From assembly GCA_032250835.1 (NCBI GenBank), contig JAVVEA010000001.1, positions 542,765-606,764 on the forward strand: 64,000 nt of DNA. The letters run 5' to 3'. This DNA is from a bacterium (GTDB lineage Bacteria > SAR324 > XYD2-FULL-50-16). Shown here piece after piece: positions 60,101 to 64,000 of this stretch. Positions within the stretch are counted from its first letter, which is position 1. Each line of letters begins with the position of its first letter. The notes under the pieces were generated by a model. The model saw only the letters and a program-made list of their open reading frames with translations, searched no databases and was not told the DNA's origin. Both the position numbers and the translations under genes were made by a program.

Positions 60101-61224
60101 TCAGCAACTTGTTTGTTGATCCCCGCACCCTTGCGGTATGCCGCGTTCAAATTCTCTACCGCATCGGCCTGCCCCAACAATGGGCCATAAGCTGCGGCGG
60201 CTTCCTTGCCCAACAGCTTCTGAACCTGCGCCGCGTCCCAACCCGCTTTCTGCATCTCCTTGAGTGCCTCAACAAAGCCCTTTCCTTGGCCGTCCACCTT
60301 CAAGGCTTTAAAGGTTTCGGGTAATACTTTAAAGGCGGCATCAAGGCCCGTTCCCGCGTCCTTGATCTGAACCCCCTGGTCAACCAAGGAGACCAAAATA
60401 GCGCCGACTTGTTCCAGGTCGTGGCCCGAAGCTTGTGCGCTTTTCCCAACCTTTTGGAACGCCGCCGCCAGCTCTGGGACCGTCACGTTTGCTCGGTTGA
60501 TGCTATGGACGATCATATCGTTGATCCGTCCCATATCTTGCGGCAACAGTTCCATGCTTTTCTTGATTTTGCCCGAGTGTAACGCTGCCTGTTCTGGGGT
60601 TATCTGGGCAGCGGTGGCCAAGTCCATGGCACCGGGAAGGGCTGCTAGGGCTTGGGGTGTATCCAATTTAGCGTGTTGCAATTCAACAAACCCCTTAAAG
60701 GCTTGGGCTGGAGAGAATTCGGTCTTGAGGCCCATTTCTCGGGCACGCATCTCAGCATTCTTCATCTGATCCGGATCGGCCTTCTTTGCGGCTTGGAACC
60801 TTTTTAGTTCTTTTTCTAAATCGCCAGCATCTTGAACGGCTTTTTTACCCCTTTTCAAGAGATCCCCTACAGCCTCACCGCCCGCTACCGCCCCTTCAAT
60901 GAACGGCATGACAGAAGCGGCATAAATCTCGCGCCGCTGCTTCAACGTCCCACCGTTCCTACTCACGGATAGATAAGTAGTACTCCTATCCCGCTCCCCT
61001 TCGTCGCGGTCTATTGCATGCTTGGCCTTGATCGAGTTTTTGGTGAATCGGTCAAAATTTTGACCCGCCAGGTCCGTAGGACCCCTGTCTTTCAGTCTTG
61101 TGTTGAACTTCTCAACTGCCTTGTCGGTGGATTGAGCTTCCTTGCCCAGAGCTTTCAGCTTGACGGTCAACGCTTCGGCGTTACGCTGGGCTTGCGTGCT
61201 GTCTAGAGAAATCTTGAGGTTCAT
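57196..61224 (-). CDS. Phage tail tape measure protein (TP901 family) with S74-like chaperone domain near C-terminus
   Basis: AREMGLKTEFSPAQA..ALPGAMDLATAA TP901 core; SDQRLKSNV..GVIAQDL..VDY; YADGG..GP..EG..EA..PL; SD AAGGAAGG before ATG 61224. Confidence 0.92.
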   Translation of the reverse strand: MNLKISLDSTQAQRNAEALTVKLKALGKEAQSTDKAVEKFNTRLKDRGPTDLAGQNFDRFTKNSIKAKHAIDRDEGERDRSTTYLSVSRNGGTLKQRREIYAASVMPFIEGAVAGGEAVGDLLKRGKKAVQDAGDLEKELKRFQAAKKADPDQMKNAEMRAREMGLKTEFSPAQAFKGFVELQHAKLDTPQALAALPGAMDLATAAQITPEQAALHSGKIKKSMELLPQDMGRINDMIVHSINRANVTVPELAAAFQKVGKSAQASGHDLEQVGAILVSLVDQGVQIKDAGTGLDAAFKVLPETFKALKVDGQGKGFVEALKEMQKAGWDAAQVQKLLGKEAAAAYGPLLGQADAVENLNAAYRKGAGINKQVAEAERDTLSGALDGLLSAVGDVSDEIYGLFSGDLKKGFQEATQWIVENKLVLVDLGEVLVKIFKIVKTILIAMNPTFILVRGWIEIFTRMKKSSADQQSKADTALLSDNALNGKYGDLNDEGVKSQIKKLRSEYVKLESAQRGAFTKMGEAFGLVDKPEHQQAIQREIKFLQLRKKYLEDQAAQGEEIRSTEQKKNQDLLDQLQVEQQLLDVRNSGSFEQAQSVAAASEDPAKIMAREEAQRLYDSTIKRGSAEWADRAIQEAFQKYEQIARDIGGKMGEEMGQRFFAQKVEEIGQTKEQFDQQNQKDKESGKEEFGKPLMDATGAMLKSASSMYNLAMAIPSLANAIMNMVTDLLKAWRDLGSKIGNWLKSLPTLLRDSIHGLADLFTEALGTLLTAEFLDRLINGFFEGFQRALAQIFGGGERQVTEAQVAALKELTKSIRGWVTDLQRADWGPQDWGAEFKRLQSEREGLDRGASDYWDRYIDLSKQQFETLKKIKDSTEASRTTLQGVLNTLKSTLEQISGAQYNPELQSLDAKTARFNELLAAAQESGISAKERQDRVGQLTGYSTQYLDAAQAQLRSSQGYRDIYQAVVAGLESVQQVTQNDLDGLSSGPDLITQANSLADAVEAPTLGPESKGILQMILDSLEWIAGILTNVQGGINALKSVFEGVAKILSDIWTGLTDSFGALGGMLKTLFKDLGGLISGAWHAIMDLGSAIWGAASSVVKGIWDNITRAITEISSNFYNAVVKMIRELPRAIYDAVMEALPGGGGGIGGLGSSHWSGLSDQRLKSNVHYGQELLPGVRQAYWDWNGQGQAKGHFGAGAGVIAQDLARVLPSLVREVAGYKQVDYAGLSQLVGDRLQIGGYADGGISYGPQLAWVSEGRFQAEAHVPLPNGKSIPVEIKGGSKEGENQRLDRLVDRLGELVDIQRSIRDKGGPVVVFDLDQMGRSLANQTGERKQRGGLNL

Positions 61225-61426
61225 CTCACAATCCTTCCTTGTTGAGGCTGGGGATAAATGATGGGTTCCATCATCCAAACCAACCGAAGTTCAAATCCGC
61301 CCGATCCTTGGGCGTCTAACGGGATTAAAAACCCTAATTACGTAAAAAGCTCAATCCTTATCACCGAACCGCAACATATACCCCCGAACGGTCACAGGAA
61401 AAGGGGGTAAGGATTCCGCTAAAAGA
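61141..61426 (-). repeat. Leader + TMP 5' repeat, copy 1 (attached to the full TMP)
   Basis: Aligns with 62294-62544 and 63714-64000. Confidence 0.92.
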
Positions 61427-61568
61427 AGCGTGTCTTGATCACTTTGAGTCCCGTAGACAACTGTTGGCATTGTTATGGAGTGCCAATTGCCATTGGGAAT
61501 ATTTTGAGGTATTTCTAACTTTATATTTTAAAGGGGAATTCCCCCAGGACCCATCTCTAAAAAACCAA

Positions 61569-62243
61569 ATGAAATCTATCGTCCTCCTTTTTACCTTTCT
61601 GCTGGCCTTCTCCTGGCCCGTTTACGCCGAAATGAAGCCGGAGACCTTAAAAAAGATCAAGCAACTCTACTTAGAGCTTCAGGCCTTTAAAAACGATTCG
61701 CTTTTGACCCATGTCGGCTTGAGTCCCTATTGCATCTACGGTAAATGGTCTGATTCAGTCTCGGCGATCAACCGTGAGTTGGGCCAAGATCAGCGCATGA
61801 AATTAGCCGATGGGACATTTTTTTATCCTGTCATCTCATTGAGTTATTTAGGGAATGAGATATCGGACAACGCAGCTCATGGCAGACCACCAGACAACGC
61901 CGACACTCGGAAGGACGCACGTGAGTTTGAACAAGCCCTCGGCATCAAAACACCCCCGCCAAACCCTGGCCGCCAGTTATACCTAACAAAGGGGGATCGC
62001 TTGTGTTCTGCCGACAAGGAACTATTTATAGAGGCAACCACTTGGCTTGCCGATGGCGATTTTGAGGCCTTTAAACCCCTGTACCTCTCAGATCAGGTAT
62101 TTGCGACGAAAGCTAACGTTGAAGTCTACATTGTGGAAAGCGACATCCTCCTCCTAAGAGTCCGCCCCAAAGGCTCGCAGGCCACCTATTGGTGCTATGA
62201 AGATGTTATCCAAGACTGTTCCAGCCCACCGTCAGGCGAATAG
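61569..62243 (+). CDS. Secreted hypothetical protein (cassette gene 1)
   Basis: Signal peptide MKSIVLLFTFLLAFSWPVYA; C-terminal domain shared with 62677..63426. Confidence 0.8.
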   Translation: MKSIVLLFTFLLAFSWPVYAEMKPETLKKIKQLYLELQAFKNDSLLTHVGLSPYCIYGKWSDSVSAINRELGQDQRMKLADGTFFYPVISLSYLGNEISDNAAHGRPPDNADTRKDAREFEQALGIKTPPPNPGRQLYLTKGDRLCSADKELFIEATTWLADGDFEAFKPLYLSDQVFATKANVEVYIVESDILLLRVRPKGSQATYWCYEDVIQDCSSPPSGE

Positions 62244-62256
62244 CGACAAAAGCGCC

Positions 62257-62349
62257 TCAGGTCCGAAACGCCTTTTGAGGCACTCGAATTAATAACGCTT
62301 CGGCATTACGCTGGGCCTGGGTGCTGTCCAAAGAAATTTTTAGATTCAT
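62257..62349 (-). CDS. 30-aa mini-ORF / truncated TMP 5' end
   Basis: MNLKISLDSTQAQRNAEALLIRVPQKAFRT*; first 19 aa identical to TMP; same SD. Confidence 0.6.
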   Translation of the reverse strand: MNLKISLDSTQAQRNAEALLIRVPQKAFRT

Positions 62350-62544
62350 CGCGCAATCCTTCCTTGTTGAGGCTGGGGGAAGTTGATGGAATCCATCATC
62401 CAAACCAACCGATGTTCAATACCACCCAATCCCTGGGCGACCATTTAGACCAAAAGGCCCGTAATCCGCGAAAGTCTAACCCCTTCAAGCGAACCCCAAC
62501 ATACCCCCTGATGACATACAGAGACAGAGGGCAAGGATTCCGCT
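62294..62544 (-). repeat. Leader + TMP 5' repeat, copy 2 (most diverged)
   Basis: Shares CAATCCTTCCTTGTTGAGGCTGGGG, CCATCATCCAAACCAACCGA and AAGGATTCCGCT. Confidence 0.9.
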
Positions 62545-62676
62545 CCATAAAAACGAATCAACTCCCAAGCCGGAGCCAGTTGCAAACGAGGAAGATTTGA
62601 GTTATTTTTTCCGCAAATGAACTAAAGCCCAGAACCCGTCTCGGCACCCATATTCTAGCTAAAACAACTGAAAGCC

Positions 62677-63426
62677 ATGAAAACCCTCATTCTGCTCCTT
62701 TGCTCCCTGGGCCTTGCCTCCGCCACCTTGGCCGCCAAAAAACCCGATCCCCCCACCTGCCCCAAGGCCCTGGACCCGGCCAAGGTTAAAAAGTATCAAA
62801 TCATCAAGCAGGAGCGCTCTAGCTCGACAAGAATCGATGCCAACATCTACGCACCCCACGCCAAAACTATTGAGGAACGCGCCCAGACCGCCATGCAGGC
62901 GGCGCTGGAAATCCAAAAGGAAACTCAAGCGCGTTATGTTTGGGTGATAATGATTCGAAGCCCCGAACAACCCGAATCACCCTGGAGGGCCAATGCCAGC
63001 TTCAACCCCGAGGCACATAGAGACAAACATGTCGTCTGGCGGGTAGTGACTCAGGTCGCCAGCCGCCCCCGCTACAACGCCCAATTCACGACCTATTGCC
63101 AGCAGTGGGAACCCTCTAAACTCACCCCCCTCAAAAGCACCCAGGTCGACCACATCAAGCCCCCACCGCCAGAAATCCACCACACGAGTGGGCTCGGTCT
63201 CTGCACAGTCTCAAAGGAAAACCTGATGAAAGCTAACAAGCTTTTTGATGCACATAAGGAGGGAGAACTAATGCGTATGGTTGAGGAATATTCACTGGCC
63301 ACCTTAAAGGAGGACTTACCAGTCTATCTTGAGGATGAGACCAATGAATCGTTTATTGCGATCCGTCCAAAAAACGAATCCGTATATTTCTGGTGTTTTA
63401 CCTCCCCGTCACCTCTGAAGGATTGA
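62677..63426 (+). CDS. Secreted protein with DUF4875-like N-domain (cassette gene 2)
   Basis: Signal peptide; APHAKTIEERAQTAMQAALEIQKET resembles DUF4875 (recalled); C-domain shared with 61569..62243. Confidence 0.8.
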   Translation: MKTLILLLCSLGLASATLAAKKPDPPTCPKALDPAKVKKYQIIKQERSSSTRIDANIYAPHAKTIEERAQTAMQAALEIQKETQARYVWVIMIRSPEQPESPWRANASFNPEAHRDKHVVWRVVTQVASRPRYNAQFTTYCQQWEPSKLTPLKSTQVDHIKPPPPEIHHTSGLGLCTVSKENLMKANKLFDAHKEGELMRMVEEYSLATLKEDLPVYLEDETNESFIAIRPKNESVYFWCFTSPSPLKD

Positions 63427-63686
63427 CGCGCTTTTAAGCCAAAAGCGAGGCAGTTTTGGGGTACTTTCGAGGTAAATGCGCTGGTGCCCGGATTTTCGCC
63501 AAAATCCCCTGCCACCGCGCGAAAAATTAACAGGGTGCCATAGAAGTACTAAGACGCAAACCACCGGCTTCACATGGTCGATTCGCTTTAAAATTTTTCC
63601 CTATATTTCAAACATATAATAAAATACTTTTATTGAAGTACTATGAAAGTATTTATGCCCCACCAAAATAGCTCCACCGACATCAG

Positions 63687-63797
63687 CTAGCCCCCTTGGC
63701 TGCTCTTGGCCGCCTTGCCCAGAGCTTTCAGCTTGACGGTCAATGCTTCTGCATTGCGTTGGGCCTGCGTGCTGTCTAGCGAAATCTTTAGGTTCAT
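63687..63797 (-). CDS. 36-aa mini-ORF / truncated TMP 5' end
   Basis: MNLKISLDSTQAQRNAEALTVKLKALGKAAKSSQGG*; first 28 aa identical to TMP. Confidence 0.6.
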   Translation of the reverse strand: MNLKISLDSTQAQRNAEALTVKLKALGKAAKSSQGG

Positions 63798-64000
63798 CGC
63801 ACAATCCTTCCTTGTTGAGGCTGGGGAAAAATGATGGAATCCATCATCCAAACCAACCGAAGTTCAAATCCGCCCTATCCTTGGGCGTCTAACGGGATTA
63901 AAAGGCCCGCAATGCGTAAAAAGCTCAATCCTTATCACCGAATCGCAACATATACCCCCGAAAGGGCACAGGAACAGGGGGCAAGGATTCCGCTAAAAGA
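63714..64000 (-). repeat. Leader + TMP 5' repeat, copy 3 (reaches window edge)
   Basis: Near-collinear with 61141-61426. Confidence 0.92.

Larger units (their letters stand above)
52816..61224 (-). mobile_element. Prophage-derived (siphovirus-like) tail module
   Basis: TMP followed by four tightly coupled virion-type genes; no sheath, lysis or integrase genes in window. Confidence 0.8.

Noticed and set aside
61225-61278. TMP start at 61278 as given by the ORF track
   Set aside because: The SD and conservation across the three repeat copies point to ATG 61224
61141-64000. Diversity-generating retroelement or invertible shufflon
   Set aside because: No reverse transcriptase or invertase in the window, differences are not adenine-specific, and the repeats are direct rather than inverted

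Overview
Bacterial chromosomal window of about 50-55% GC by eye. Gene content is compatible with a SAR324/deltaproteobacteria-like lineage, which is inference only. Left end: smpB and ssrA (tmRNA) are separated by a modular hairpin-repeat region and an Ig/LamG lipoprotein gene, followed by a decayed integrase island carrying an AT-rich PD-(D/E)XK gene. Middle: stress and regulatory genes, a selenium-associated LysR-ABC transporter-FeS cluster, and two selenoproteins missed by the ORF track (ArsC-like UxxC and DsbA/FrnE-like UxxC, each with a SECIS-like hairpin). It also holds chemotaxis and hybrid kinase genes, and a Campylobacterota-style cbb3 oxidase operon ending in a type VI-like sulfide:quinone oxidoreductase. 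Right end: a siphophage-like tail module whose tape measure protein (TMP) carries an internal S74-like chaperone domain. The TMP gene is preceded by an array of at least three copies of a conserved leader plus TMP 5' end. Their coding parts differ only at synonymous sites, and they alternate with divergently encoded secreted proteins that share a C-terminal domain. This array is the most unusual structure in the window.
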